From NCBI RefSeq assembly GCF_963921235.1, contig NC_086107.1, forward strand, positions 96,412,001-96,476,000: DNA of 64,000 bases, read 5' to 3'. The position numbers and the translations under genes were made by a program. The notes beneath the pieces are model-generated. The model saw only the letters and a list, made by a program, of their open reading frames with translations. It was not told the origin of the DNA and did not search any database. Positions 1 through 13,703 of the stretch are shown in pieces; positions within the stretch are counted from its first letter, which is position 1; each line of letters starts with the position of its first letter. The stretch comes from Mobula hypostoma. Taxonomy: Eukaryota.

Positions 1-3000
1 TCCTTCGATGGATAAATCTGTACCTACTCGGGCATTACCGAATAAGTCGGCTACTCTTATCAATTAGTTTTTGATTGATTCTGTAATCTCCGAAATCTGG
101 AGATCCCAAGGATAAAGAATTATCTTTCTTTTCAAATGTACATCACACTTATTCTAGGATTGACTATTTTTTATAGACTCTTGTTTAATCCCATCTGTAA
201 TTGAGTGTAACTATGATATCATTGCCATATCTCATCATGCACCATTGAATCTCAATCAAGCTATGGGATATACCTTTTAATACTAGACAATGGCGTTTTA
301 AATCCAACTTACTTCAAGATTCAGATCTCATCAAATTTATTAAGGATCAGATTGACCTTTTTTTTAAACTAATACTATGGATGAAATTCCCAGTGGGGTT
401 ATATGGGACACTTTTAAAGCTTATATCCGTGGTCAGATCATTGCCTACTTGGCTGGATTGAAAAAACGCACTAAGAATGAAATACTTGTGTTGACTGATA
501 AGATTAAAGACAGTGATAAACAATATGCCACTGCTCCTAATGAGGAGCTTTACAAACAGAGAGTTGAACTTCAAATGGAGCATAGTTTACTCTTAACATA
601 GTCAATAGAAAATTAACTAATGAAAACAAGTGAGTTTTATATACAGTGATAAATCTGGTAAATTATCAGCCAAACAATTAAAAACAGCTTCGGTTAAACT
701 TCAAATTACTAAGATTCCTAAACCTAATGATACTTTAACAGTTGATCATGATGAGATTAATAAATCTTTCCAAGAATTTTATACATCTTTATATCAGTCA
801 GAATTTCCTCATGATCCTAGGGGGATGCATGACTTTTTAAGGAAATTGAACTTCCCGAAATTAACGCCCGAAGAACGTTTAAAGTTAGAAACACCTATTA
901 CAGATGAAGAAATAGTGGGTGCTATTTCTTCAATGAATTCTGGCAAATCACCCGACCCAGATGGCTATACAGCAGAATTTTTGAAGTTTTTTTCTTCTGT
1001 TCTTTCTCCCCAGTTGTGCAGCTTTTAGAGATGCAATTATTATAGGTAAACTACCACAATCATTTTATGCAGCCTCTATTTCCTTAATTAAAAAAAAATA
1101 AGGATCCTACTGAATGTGCATCATATAGACTGATACCCTTATTGAATGTTGATTCAATATTTTTTCCTAAAATATTAGCATCTAGGTTAGAAAATGTATT
1201 ACCTCAAACTATTTCTGCGGATCAAACTGGATTTATTAAAAATCATTATTCATCTTTTAATATTAGAAGATTAATAAATATTATTTATACTCCTTCACCG
1301 AGAACTCCAGAATGTGTTATTTCATTAGATGCTGAGAAACTTCTGACAGAGTTGAATGGCCAAATTTATTTACTACGCTTGAGAAGTTTAACTTTAGCCT
1401 GATATTTATATCCTGGATTAAACTGATCTATCATACTCCCTTAGCTTCGGTTTTAACTAGTAATCAAAGATCTCCCTTTTTTCGATTATTTCGTGGCACT
1501 AGGCAGAGTTATCCTTTAAGTCCTTTATTATCTGATACTGCTTTAGAACCTTTAGCAATTGCTATTCGAAATTCACCAAATATTTTTGGTATTACTCATG
1601 GGAAAGAGATACATAAGTTATCATTATATGCAGATGATTTACTATTATATATTTCTGACCCAGAAAAATCCATTCCTGCAACTTTATCCTTGTTGGATAA
1701 GTTTAGTAAGTTTTCTGGTTACAAACTGAATCTTAATAAGAGTGAACTTTTTCCGTTAAATATGATGGTTCCAAACTATAAATGTTTACCATTTAGATTA
1801 GTTACTGATCACATTACTTATTTGGGAGTTAAAATTACTAAGAAGCATAAGGATTTATTAAAGGTTAATTTTTTTTAGCCTTATGTGATCAGATTAAAGG
1901 TTTGATTACAAAATGGTCACCAATGTTTTTGTCATTAATTGGTTTGATCAATGCTGTTAAGATGATTATTTCACCTAAGTTTCTATATTTATTTCAAGCA
2001 CTGCCATTTTTTTAATTCCGAAATCTTTTCTTGATAATGTTGATTCAAAAATTTCCTCATACATATGACAGAATAAATATCCTAGACTAGGTAAAAGATA
2101 TTTACAGAAGCCCAAAAAGGAGGGTGGCTTAGCATTGCCATACTTTAGATTCTACTATTGGGCGATCAATATTCGTTATTTAAAATTCTGGACATGGAAT
2201 TGGGACACAGCTTCAAGTCCACAATGGGTTAATCTTGAATGCAATTCTGTTTCAGGATTTTCATTGGGTTCTATTCCAGGGACCCCACTTCCTTTTGACT
2301 TTTCTAAATTGGACAAACAAATGGATAATCCAATAGTTAAATACACTCTTCGAATATGGTTTGTTTCAAAATTTTTTTGGATTGAATCAATTTATTTTAG
2401 CAAGCCCTATAATATCCAACTTTCTTTTTCATCCCTCTTTTTTGGATCAGGCATTTTTGGTCTGGAAAACAAAAGGTATAATATGTTTTTCTGATTTATT
2501 TTTAGATAATTGTTTTATGTCTTTTGAACAATTATCTAATAAACATAATTTACCTAAATCACTTTTTTTTTTAGATATTTACAGATTAGAAACTTTAAAT
2601 ACTGTTCTTACTACCTTTCCGATTTCATATTCTACTGATATAATGGGAAAATTTTTGGATTTAAACCTTTTTCAGAAAGGTTCAATAGCAATTATTTATA
2701 ATACGATAAGGAAAATAAATCCAGATGTTTCCAATACAATTAAGAATGACTGGGAAAGGGAACTTAAGCTTACCTTACCTACTCAGAAATGGCAAAAAAT
2801 TTTCCAACTAGTTAACTCTTCCTCTATTTGTGCTAAACATGCGTTGATACAGTTTAAAGTTGTACATAGGGCTCATATGTCTAAGGATAAATTAGCTCGT
2901 TATTACTCTCATATAAACCCTGTATGTGATAGATGTCATTCTGAGATAGCCTCATTAACTCGTATGTTTTGGTCTTGCCCTTTATTGAAGAAATATTGGG

Positions 3001-3612
3001 ATGATATTTTTGATATTATTTCAACTGTCTTGAATATTGATTTACAACCTCATCCTATTACTGCCATCTTTGGTTTACCAATGATAGAAAAACATCATTT
3101 GACCTCTTCAGCTTGTCAGATGATTGCTTTTGTTACTCTAATGGCTAGAAGATCTATACTATTGAATTGGAAAGAGATTAGTCCTCCAAATACATTTCAT
3201 TGGTTTTCTCAAACTATATCTTGCTTAAATCTAGAAAAAAATTAGAAGTGTCATTTATGACTCATCTATTAAATTTGATGAGACTTGGAGACTATTTATT
3301 CAATATTTCCACATGATGTAAAAGCCCTTTTTCTTTCCCTTAGTTTTCTTTTAGTTTGGGTAGATTAGTTTTTTTTCCTAAGGGGATATATTTTTATTCT
3401 TTTTCTGTTTTTTTATGATATTTTTGTATTTTAGGTATACCCTTTATATATTTTATTGTTAATTTGTGAGATTTTGGGAGGTTTACTAATTATGTGTTAC
3501 CTGACTGTATACTTTTATAATATAATTATTAATTAATACAATCCCAATCGCTCTGTATTTATTTTTTGTAATGTGTATGATGTTGAAACTAATAAAAAGA
3601 TTTAAAAAGAAA
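1..3612 (+). mobile_element. Degenerate L1 LINE (ORF2 EN-RT-CCHC with frameshifts, 3' UTR); runs off the window start and is inserted in a Gypsy pol
   Basis: ORF pieces SGKSPDPDGYTAEF, DQTGFIK, ISLDAEK, YADD-coding TATGCAGATGAT (~1627) and CDRCHSEIASLTRMFWSC. AT-rich 3' UTR with AATAAA and an A-rich tail at ~3591-3612. Homologous to the L1 at 29963-35638. Confidence 0.92.
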
Positions 3613-4929
3613 AGAATCGAACTCTCCACCTACAACTATGACATCATGTACAGGCCTGGGAAGCTCAATGAGCCCTCCGATGCCCTATTCCAGGGAACGT
3701 GCGTCAACACGCAAATCGACCGGTTATACGCTCTATATGCAGATCTTTGCCACCCGGGGGTCACCCGGCTTTTCTACTTCGTGAAAGCCCAGAACCTGCC
3801 TTACTCCCTTGAGGAGATCAGGACGATGACCAAGGACTGCCAAGTCTGCACAGAGTGCAAACCGCACTTCTACCGACCCGAAAAGGCACAACTAATCAAG
3901 GCCACTTGCCCCTTTGAGCGACTGAGTGTCGACTTTAAGGGCCCCCTTCCCTCCACTGACGGCAATGTGTACTTTCTTAACATAATCGACGAGTACTCAC
4001 GGTTGCCCTTCGCCATCCCCTGCCTCGATACCACTACCACATCAGTCATAAAAGCCCTGCACAAGCATTTCACTCTGTTCGGATACCCATGCTATATCCA
4101 CAGTGACAGAGGGTCCTCGTTTATGAGTGACCAGCTGCACCAATATGTGCTGGCTAGGGGTATTGCAACTACTATGACTACGAGCTATAATCCCCGGGGG
4201 AATGGACAGGTGGAGAAGAAGAATGCCACGGTGTGGAAGGCCACACTCTTATCCCTCAGGTCAAAGGGACAGCTGGTCTCCCGCTGGCAGGAAGTCCTTC
4301 CTGAAACACTCGACTCCATCAGCTCCCTGTTATGCACGTCCACCAATGCCACCCCTCATGAGCGACTCTTTTCTTTTCCCAGGAAGTCGAGCACCTGGAC
4401 CACTCTACCAACTTGGCTGATGTCCCCGGGGCCAGTGCTGCTCTGCAAACATGCAGGAGCAATAAATACTCCCCGATGATCAAGATGGTTCACTTACTTC
4501 ATGAGAACCCCCAATATGCCTACGTGGTTTTATCTGATGGGCCGGAGGACACAGTCTCCATCCGCGACCTGGCCCCACAGGAGCACCGGGCCCCTACCTT
4601 GAACACTCCATGGTGACTATTAACCCTGTACCCACTGATGTATGTACCCACGAGACACCGCACACTCCAAGCCCTACACAGACACCACACACTTCCATAC
4701 CGGACACGACACATGCACGAGGGATTACCAACGCCTAACGTGCTGGCACTTCAAGTCAGGCCGGAGCCAGCACAACCACCGTCACTGGTGCAATCACCAC
4801 CGGTGCTATGTAGATCACAGCGATGGACTCCACCGCCTGATAGACTTGACCTGTAAATACACTTGCTTTAAAATATTGTCAGTCACTTCACCCCGCGGGA
4901 CTCTCTTTTTTTAAAAATGGAGGGGCGAA
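3613..4929 (+). mobile_element. Gypsy/Ty3 LTR retrotransposon 3' internal region (RNase H end, integrase, polypurine tract), degenerate
   Basis: RIELSTYNYDIMYRPGK, zinc-binding LCHPGVTR...CQVC, and catalytic core SVDFKGP / IHSDRGSSF / GNGQVEK. Purine tract GGAGGGGCGAA immediately precedes TG at 4930. Confidence 0.9.
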
Positions 4930-5266
4930 TGTGGTAAACCAGGGGTCCCCAACCTTCTTTGCACTGCGGACCGGCTGACCTGGGGGGTGGGTAGGGTTGC
5001 CAACAGACAAGAGTAGCAGTCAAGTACGTTGTTTACCCCAAGAGACTACAATCACCATGAAGCCTTGCGTGGGCACCAAGGCACATGCATGATTTGCGCA
5101 TGCGTGTACGTGCCGATTTTTTCTACAAATCGTTTTTGGCGATTCTGTTGGGGGGGGGTGTTAATCACGACCGGAATATAGGTGATAAGTGGCTAATACA
5201 CTCAATATCGTTTCTAAAAGGGTTTATCTAACGAATTTAATATTAAACACAGCGCACATTTTCCTC

Positions 5267-5493
5267 AAACAACAGGAATTCTGCAGATGCTGGAAATTCA
5301 AGCAACATACATCAAAGTTGCTGGTGAACGCAGCAGGCCAGGCAGCATCTATAGGAAGAGGCGCAGTCGACGTTTCAGGCCGAGACCCTTCGTCAGTCCT
5401 GACGAAGGGTCTCGGCCTGAAACGTCGACTGCGCCTCTTCCTATAGATGCTGCCTGGCCTGCTGCGTTCACCAGCAACTTTGATGTATGTTGC
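5267..5493. repeat. Perfect 95-bp-arm inverted repeat of a Penelope-like terminal segment containing a minimal hammerhead motif
   Basis: 5302-5396 is the exact reverse complement of 5399-5493 with a 2-nt spacer. Flanked by the direct repeat GCACATTTTCCTC (5254-5266, 5492-5504). The same sequence follows a GIY-YIG-end ORF at 63242-63737. Confidence 0.88.
5394..5431 (+). ncRNA. Putative minimal type I hammerhead ribozyme motif (Penelope-type)
   Basis: CAGTC-CTGACGA-AGG(GTCTCGG)CCT-GAAA-CG-TC-GACTG: core CUGANGA/GAAA/UH, stem I CAGTC:GACTG, short stem II and a palindromic ACGT stem III. Confidence 0.6.
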
Positions 5494-5554
5494 ACATTTT
5501 CCTCGCATGAATATAGCGATATTATCAACTATCAGGGGAGGACAGGGGAGCTTG

Positions 5555-5755
5555 AAGTGTTGAACGAACTTCCAGTAGAAGTGGTAGAGGCAGGTTCGAT
5601 ATTATCATTTAAAGAAAAATTGGATAGGTATATGGACAGGAAAGGAATGGAGCGTTATGGGCTGAGTGCAGGTCAGTGGGACTAGGTGAGAGTAGCGTTC
5701 GGCACGGACTAGAAGGGCAGAGATGGCCTGTTTCCGTGCTGTAATTGTTATATAG
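5555..5755 (+). mobile_element. CR1 LINE 3' terminal fragment within the hAT element
   Basis: NELPVEVVEAGSILSFKEKLDRYMDRKG followed by the CR1 3' UTR (GAAGGGCAGAGATGGCCTGTTTCCGTGCTGT). Confidence 0.75.
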
Positions 5756-6564
5756 TTATAAAAGTAAGTCAACAGCATCATAACATTTTAAGTAACGTTT
5801 GGATATTAAACACACAGCACATATTTTCCCCGTATGAACAAATAAAATCAATGCAACACACCAATATCGCTGAATTAGTAGGAGCCCTGGGCTTGTTTCC
5901 CTGCCACAACACGGTCCTATCGAGGGGTGATGGGAGACAGCGATACTCGAAGGGGGGTTCTTATTGCCAGTCTATTACGCAATTTGGTTTTCGTTGCATT
6001 CATTGCAGAGATATGTTGGAAATGGAAGCAACGTTTTCAGTGCTTTCGTGGCTATCTCAGGATATTTAGCCTTGACTTTGAGATCCAGAGTGTCGGCAGA
6101 GATGTTATGTCAAATGTACTTTTCAGCCCGCCGTCATTTGCAACCTTGAGGAGTTGATCATCTTCCCGCGCTGACATGGATGACGCACGGGTAATGACCT
6201 CGCATGCGTAATGGCTCAACAGTGGGCATGACAAGGAATGAGGAAAGGTGCAGCTGACTCCTATCGCCAAATCATATCGTTTCCTCACGGCCCAGTAGCA
6301 CATGCTTTGCAGGCCGGTGATTGGGGACCGCTGTGGTAAACCATGTATATAGGTTGTAAGTGGGTTACCTGTCTGGACATGCCTGGACACGCCCCTCTGC
6401 TGACTGCTCCTGTGGCTCCTCCCACAGACCCCTGAATAAAGGCAATTGTGTCACTGCTCCTCCCACAGTCCAGGACAGACATACAGCATGGACGTGGATC
6501 CATTTTACTGTTAATAAAAGCCTTGCAGTATTTACTCTACTTCCAGTCTTTTAATAGTGCATCA

Positions 6565-7472
6565 CCCTCCCCCACCCCTTTATCTTTCCCCTTACTGGTT
6601 TTTCACCTGGCACTTACCAGCCTTCTCCTTCCCACCCTCCCCCCACCTTGAGACCTGGGTGTCATTATACACCAGTCATTGAAAGTGGGCATGCAGGTAC
6701 AGCAGGCGGTGAAAAAGGCGAACGGTATGCTGGCATTTATAGCGAGAGGATTCGAGTACAGGAGCAGGGAGGTACTACTGCAGTTGTACAAGGCCTTGGT
6801 GAGACCACACCTGGAGTATTGTGTGCAGTTTTGGTCCCCTAATCTGAGGAAAGACATCCTTGCCATAGAGGGAGTACAAAGAAGGTTCACCAGATTGATT
6901 CCTGGGATGGCAGGTCTTTCATATGAAGAAAGACTGGATGAACTGGGCTTGTACTCGTTGGAATTTAGAAGATTGAGGGGGGATCTGATTGAAACGTATA
7001 AGATCCTAAAGGGATTGGACAGGCTAGATGCGGGAAGATTGTTCCCGATGTTGGGGAGGTCTAGAACGAGGGGTCACAGTTTGAGGATAGAGGGGAAGCC
7101 TTTTAGGACCGAGGTTAGGAAAAACTTCTTCACACAGAGAGTGGTGAATCTGTGGAATTCTCTGCCACAGCAAACTGTTGAGGCCAGTTCATTAGCTATG
7201 TTTAAAAGGAAGTTAGATATGGCCCTTGTGGCTACAGGGGTCACGGGGTATGGAGGGAAGGCTGGGTTCTGAGTTGGATGATCAGCCATGATCATAATAA
7301 ATGGCGGTGCAGGCTCGAAGGGCCGAATGGCCTACTCCTGCACCTATTTTCTATGTTTCTATGTTTCTATGTTTCTTTCCTGACAAAGGGTTCTGGCCCG
7401 AAACGTTGACTGATCATTTCCACAGATGCTGCCCGACCTGCTGAGTTCCTCCAGTGTGTTGTGAGTGTTGCT
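6565..7472 (+). mobile_element. Penelope-like 3' region remnant (6565-6648 and 7377-7472) interrupted by CR1
   Basis: Pyrimidine-rich tract and CTGACAAAGGGTTCTGGCCCGAAACGTTGACT...GATGCTGCCCGACCTGCTGAGTTCCTCCAG, resembling 63300-63737. Confidence 0.6.
6649..7376 (+). mobile_element. 5'-truncated young CR1 LINE (open ORF2 C-terminus)
   Basis: ORF 6679-7272 contains LLQLYKALVRPHLEYCVQFWSP...RGDLIETYKI...FFTQRVVNLWNSLP and is followed by a (TTTCTATG)n tail. Confidence 0.93.
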
Positions 7473-7574
7473 AATTACTGTTCTTTATTTTTTAAAAAGG
7501 TGTAAAAGTACTTTGGTTTAAACAGAAGATTGAAGCTATATTTCCAGACGAAACTTAGCTGGAAGTACATCTCC

Positions 7575-8045
7575 TCCGGCAACATCCACAGCATGTACAA
7601 TGGCATTAGGAAGACCCTCAGAACATCTCAAAGACTAATCCACCCAAGTCCCCCGCAGGCGATGTCATTGCTGAGTGCGGAAAATAGTTGGAAAGATGGG
7701 CCGAACACTACCAGGAGCCAAGACCAGCCCTGCATTATAAGATATCTGAAAGCAGGGGACATTGACTAAACAACCTGGGAAGTTGTGGCAGCCAACTGCA
7801 GCAGCTGTTTAAAGACCATCAAGGCAGGCGTAAAGAGTGAGCAGAAGAGAGAACAGCAACAGGAAGCAAAGCGAGAGTGCAAACAAAGGGAAGCATTGAC
7901 ATCAGCACCTCCATAGCCTGGCAAAACATTCACTTGCAGAAACTGCAGCAGGACCTGCTGCTCCAAACTTGAATACTGCAACCCTATAATGGACATAGTG
8001 CACACTCCACTGTTCTTTGAGACAGGCGGATGCAATCATCATCAA
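7575..8045 (+). mobile_element. Internally deleted, degenerate RTE-clade LINE
   Basis: SGNIHSMYNGIRK...LERWAEHY is joined directly to C-terminal LKAGDID..TWEVVAA...FTCRNCSRTCCSKL; short (ATC)n tail. Confidence 0.6.
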
Positions 8046-8186
8046 TTGAATTAATAAGTTTTTCAGAAGACTGAATTTGTACTTTCACCAACATAAAACT
8101 TGTATTTTCAACTTTATTTTTCACAATATATGGTGTTAAGACAACACCCCCCCCCCCTTATTGGGCACAATACAATACAGCAGTTA

Positions 8187-11100
8187 CATGTTGATAATAA
8201 GTATTCTCTCTCAACCCCATTGAATCACAGTGGATTTAATCTGGCCTATTTTGTCATGATCAACAGAAAAAGACTTGTGTCAAAGTGAAAACAGATCTCT
8301 ACAAAGTGATCGAAATGAATTACAAATATAAAACAAAATAATTGATTGCTTATGTATTAACCCCTTTAAATTGAGATCACCTGTGTGCAGTCTGACTAGT
8401 AAAAATACACCAATATCTGGAAGGTCCAACTGCTGGTGAATCAGTATAACTGGTGCACAGGTCTGGGCATGGTTTAAAAGGTAGAGTTTCATGGGAACTC
8501 GGCTATAACCAGCGTATCAATCGTCTATTGGAGAGCAAGGAAGGTTCTGGCATAAAAGGTAGGCAATGCCTAGTGGAACAGTGAAAGGAGCAGTCTTCGT
8601 CAGAGTAGTAGGGCTTTAGCTCATTTGGGCTTCGTTGAGGTAAGTGGGTAAGTGGACTTTGTTTTTCCTTGCATGTTTTGAGGTATAGCGAGCATGTCTG
8701 TAGGGTTAGTACTTAGCTCTGGGTGTCAGATGTAGGAACCTTCCAGTCTCCCAGATGGCTATATCTGTGCCAGATGCACCAAGATACAGCTCCTGAGCTT
8801 GTGTTAGGGATCTGGAGCTGCGGCTTGATGACCTACAGCTTATAAGGAAAGTGAGCAGGAGATAGATAGGAGCTACAGGGAGTTAGTCACCCGAGGCTGC
8901 AGGAGTTAGGTAAGTGGATGACTGTCAGGGAAGGGAAGGGAAGAGCTCAGATAGTAGAGAGCAGTCCTATGGCCATGCCCCTCAGTAATCATTACCTCAT
9001 TTTAGATGCTGCTGCGGGAATGCGGGGGGAGGGAACAGAGGACGACGATAGCAACCAGGTCTCTGGCACCGAGCCTGGTTCCGTAGTGCAGAAGGGAAAG
9101 AGGAAGATGAGGAATACCGAAGTCATAGGGGATTTCATAGTGAGGGGAACAGACAGGTGGCTCTGTCAGCCTGATAGAGATAACTGCATGGTGTATTGCC
9201 TCCCAGATACCAGGGTACGGGGTGTCTTGGATCGGGTACAGAGTATTCTGAAGGGAGAAGGTGAATAGCCAGAAGTCTTGGTATATGCTGGTACCAATGA
9301 CATAGGTAGAAAAAGGGAGGAGGCCCTGAAGAGAGAATTCAGGGAGTTGGGTAGGAAGCTGAAAAGCAGGGCCTCCAGGGTAGTAATCTCAGAATTGCTG
9401 CCTGTGCACATGCTAACAAGCGCAAGAATAGCATGATCAGGCATATTAATTCCTGGCTGAGAGACTGGTGTAGGGGGCAGGGCTTCAGATTCCTGGATCA
9501 TTGGGGCCTCTTCTGGGGGAGGTACGACCTGTACAAAAAGGATGGGTTACACCTGAACCCAAAGGGGTCCAATATCCTAGCAGGTAGGTTTATTAGAGCT
9601 GTTAGGCAGGGTTTAAACCAATTTGGCGGGGGGACAGGAACCAGAGTGATAGGGCTGAGGAAGGGGAAAACAGAAATAAATCAAAGGTAGCATGCAATAG
9701 AGATAATAGAAAGGACAGGCAGGAGATGAGGCATAATCACAGCTAGTAACTCATTACAGGGCAATAGAGGCGTGGTGCAATTAAAACAGAAAGCAACAAA
9801 TAACTGAACTGAAAGTGTTATATTTGAATGCACATAGCATTAAGAAATAAAACAGACGATCTTGAAATTTAGCTACAGATTGGCAAGTATGACTTTGTGG
9901 TCATCTCTGAAACTTAGCTAAAGGATGGCTGCCATTGGGAGCTGAATGTCCAAGGATACAGTGTATCGGATAGATAGGTTAGTAGGCAGAGGGGGTGGTG
10001 TGGCACTGTGTTTAAGAAATGATATTAAATCATTAGAAAAGTATGATTATAGGATCAGAAGGTATAGAGTCTCTATTAGTTGAGTTAAGAAATGGCAAAG
10101 GATAAAAGGACGCTAATGGCAATTGTATACAGACATCCAAACAGCAGCTGCAGTATAGATTACAAATTAGAGCAGGAGATAGAAAAGGTGTGTCAGAAGG
10201 GTAATGTCCTGACGATCGTTGAGGATTTTAACACGAAAGTGGATTGGGGAAAACCAGGTCAGTACTGGACCTCGAGACAGAATTTGTAGAATGTCTAAAA
10301 ACAGCTTGTTGTTGAGCCCACTAGGGGATCGGCTGTGCTGGATTGGGTGTTGTGCAATGATCCAGAGGTGATAAGGTTAAGGAACCCTTAGGAAACAGTA
10401 ATCACAATATGATAAGCGTTCACTTTGAAATCTGAGAAGAAACTAAAATCCAATGTGTCGGTATTTCAGTGGAATAAAGGAAATTACAATGGCATGAGAG
10501 GGGAACTGTCCAAAGTTGACTGGAAAGGGACACTAGCAGGAAGGACAGCAGAGCAGCAATGGCTGGAGTTTCGGCAAAAAATGACGGAACTACAAGACAG
10601 ATATATTCTAAATAAGAAATTTTTGAATGGAAGGAGGACACTACTATGGTTGACAAGTGAAGTCAGAGCCAAAGTAAAAGCAAAAGAGAGGGCATACAAG
10701 GAAGCCAAAGCTAGATTGGGAAGCTTTTAAAAACTTGCAGAAGAAAACAAAGAAGGTCATGAGGAAAGAAATGATGAATTATGAAATGAAGCTGGCGACT
10801 AATAACAAAGAAGATATTAAAAGCTTTTTTAAGTATATAAAGGGTGAGAGTCGAAGGTAGATATAGGACCAATAGAAAATAACGCTGGAGATATTGTAAT
10901 GAGAGACGCAGAGATGGCAGAGGAACTGAATGCGCATTTTGCAGCAGTCTTCACAGTGGAAGACATCTGCAGTATACTGGATATTCAAGAGTGTCAGGGA
11001 AGTGAACTATATGCAGTGAAATTTACGACTGAGAAGGTGCTCAGGAAACTTAATGGTCTGAGGGTGGATAAATCTCTTGAACCTGATGGAATGCACCCTT

Positions 11101-12675
11101 GGGTTCTGAAGGAAGTAGCTGGAGAGACTGCAGAGTCATTAACAATGATCTTTCAAGAATCGATAGATTCTGGCATTGCACTGGATAACGGGAAAATTGC
11201 AAATGTTACTCCACTATTTAAGAAGGGTGGGAGGCAGCAGAAAGGAAACTATAGACCCGTTAGCCTGACATCAGTGGTTTGGAAGTTGTTGGAATCGATT
11301 TTGAGGGATGAGATTACGATGTACCTGGAAGCACATGACAAGATAGGCCAAAGCCAGCATAGTTTCCTGAAAGGAAAATACTGCCCGAGAAACCTACTGC
11401 AATTTTTTGATGAAATTACAAGCTGGGTAGACAAAGAAGATGCACTAGATGTGGTGTACTTGGATTTTCAGAAGACTTTTAACAAGGTGCCACACAGGAG
11501 GCTACTTAGCAAAATAAGAGCCCATGGAATTACAGGGAAGTTACTAGCATGGGTGGAGCGCTGGTTGATTAGCAGAAAGCAGAGAGGGAGAATAGGGATC
11601 CTATTCTGGCTGGCTGCCAGTTACCAGTGGAGTTCCACAAGCGTCCGTGTTGGGACCGTTGCTTTTTACAATGTATGTCAACGATTTGGACTATGGGATT
11701 AATGGATTTGTGGCTAAATTTGCCGATGACAGAAAGACAGGTGGAGGAGTGTGTAGTGTTGAGGAAACAGAGATTTAGATAGTTTTGGGGAATGGGCAAA
11801 GAAGTGGCAAATGAAATAGTGTTGGAAAGTGTATGGTATTGCATTTTGGTTGAAGAAATAAACAGGCAGACTATTATTTAGATAGAGAGAGAATTCATAA
11901 TGTAGAGATGCAAAGGGACTTGGGAGTCCTTGTGTAGGACACCCTAAAGGTTAACCTCCAGGTTGAGTTGGTGGTGAGGAAGGCAAATGCAATGTTAGCA
12001 TTAATTTCTAAAAGTGGAGAATACAAGAGCAGGGATGGCATGTTGAGGCTCTATAAGGCACTCGTGAGACCACATTTGGAGTATTGTGTGCAGTTTTGGG
12101 CTCCTTATTTGGAAATCCTGGAGGAAAACCTGATGCAGTCTGCAAGAGAATGGCGACTCAGGAGATTTGTTTTCCAGCAAGACAATGACTCTAAGCGTAA
12201 AGCCAAGGATACACAGGAGTGGTTTAAAAACAAAGATAATGTCCTGGAGTGGCCAAGTCAGAGCCCAGACATCATTCTAATTGTGAATTTATGGCTGGAC
12301 TTGGAAAGGGCTGTCCACTCACTATCCTCATGCAATCTGACAGAGCTTGATCAGTTTTGTAAAGAAAAAAAATGGGAAGAAATGCAGTGTCCAGATAGGA
12401 TAGAGAACTATCCACACAGACTCAAGGCTGAAATTGCTGTCAAAGGTGCATCTATTAAATACTGACTTGAAGAGTGTGAGTAATTATGCGATCAATTGTG
12501 TCTAATAATTATAATAAATTTAGATCAATTTGTGGAAATTTGTTCTCACTTTTACATGTTTTTGACCCTGACAACAGGGGAAAAAAGCCAAATTAAACCC
12601 ACTATCATACAATGTTACAAAACAATAAAACATGAAAACTTCTGCGCAGGGTAAATACTTTTAATAGGCACTGTA
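8187..12675 (+). mobile_element. Tc1/mariner transposon remnant (left TIR region ~8187-8450; transposase end and right TIR 12111-12675), interrupted by CR1
   Basis: FVFQQDNDSKRKAK...VLEWPSQSPDI..I.NLW at 12111-12465. 8218-8370 aligns with the reverse complement of 12465-12615. Ends ...AATAGGCACTG/TA. Confidence 0.8.
8450..12110 (+). mobile_element. Near full-length degenerate CR1 LINE (ORF1 Zn-finger/esterase, ORF2 EN-RT), 3' end deleted
   Basis: ORF1 motifs VIGDFIVRG, AGTNDI and KKDGLHLN. ORF2 motifs GNYRPVSLTSVV, VVYLDFQKTFNKVPH, KFADD and LYKALVRPHLEYCVQFWAP, fused directly to Tc1 sequence at 12111. Confidence 0.88.
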
Positions 12676-13703
12676 TATAATGGTTTATCACCTTTCATTT
12701 TTGCATTGGCTAAGTGTTAAACATGCTGTACTTCTGTGTCTTCCAATAGGCCCTCCCTTATCTCAAGAACTTGCCTCACCTTGGTATAATACAGTAAATC
12801 CCCGGGTTAAGAATATCCAACTTACAGACAACTCGTACTTACGGACTGCCATAAAGCCTATTATATTAAAAATTTGAGTTACATACAATGGTTCGTAACA
12901 ATGAACGCACGCACTACTTTGTGACGCTCATGAAAACATTGCGCGGCTTCAGCGGTTTGTCTGCTCGCGGAAGGAGAACGCTGTCTGCCATTTTAAATTG
13001 GATCACGTTGCTGTTAACAATGTTGAGTGTGTAATTTTGTATTTGGCATAAATTTTTCTCTTATTTACCCTCGTAACCATGCCTTCAAAACATAAATCCG
13101 ATGCAAGTGCTGGTGATGCATCAAAGAAAAGGAAAACGATCACGATTGAAAATAAAGTGGAAATAATAAAGCGATCAGAAAGAGGTGGAACGCCATCGGT
13201 CATTGGAAAAGCATTAAGCTACAGTCGGAACAATTTTAAAGGCCATGCCCCGATGAAAGCTACAATTATTACTAAGCAACGCAGTGGTTTAATTATTGAA
13301 ATGGAAAGGCTATTGATAATTTGGTTAGATGATCAAAATCAGCGTAATATGCTTATTTAGCCTTACTTTAGTGCAAGAAAAGGATCAAAGCCTTTTCAAT
13401 GATTTAAAAGCTGCACGTGCAGCAAGTGAAGATGATTGTGATGAAGAATTTGTTGCTAGTAGGGGTTGGTTCAATCGTTTCAAAGTGAGGGCAAATTCAC
13501 ATAATATTAAAGTGCAAGGTGAAGCAGCGAGTGCTCATGTAAGTGCTGCGAGTGATTTTCCTGAAATGTTTCAAATAAATTATTAAGGGGGGAGGTGATT
13601 TGCCAGACCAAATATTTAATTTTCACGAGACTGGCTTATTTTGGAAAAAAATGCCTGAAAGGTCCTATAATTTGAAAGAGGAAAAAGGTGCACGAGGGCA
13701 TAA

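Larger units (their letters stand above)
4940..6333 (-). mobile_element. Non-autonomous hAT (Charlie-like) DNA transposon
   Basis: Termini CAGGGGTCCCCAA / TTGGGGACCGCTG with 8-bp TSD TGGTAAAC (4932-4939, 6334-6341). Minus-strand remnant of the hAT dimerisation region (KAKYPEIATKALKTLLPFPTYLC) at ~6000-6080. Confidence 0.88.
4930..6564 (+). mobile_element. 3' LTR of the Gypsy element (4930-4939 plus 6342-6564), split by a hAT insertion
   Basis: Starts TGTGGTAAAC right after the PPT, resumes after the 8-bp duplication, contains AATAAA (~6513) and ends ...GCATCA. Confidence 0.75.

Noticed and set aside
11968..12465. CR1-Tc1 fusion protein ORF
   Set aside because: A chance in-frame deletion junction between two dead elements; the catalytic regions are incomplete.
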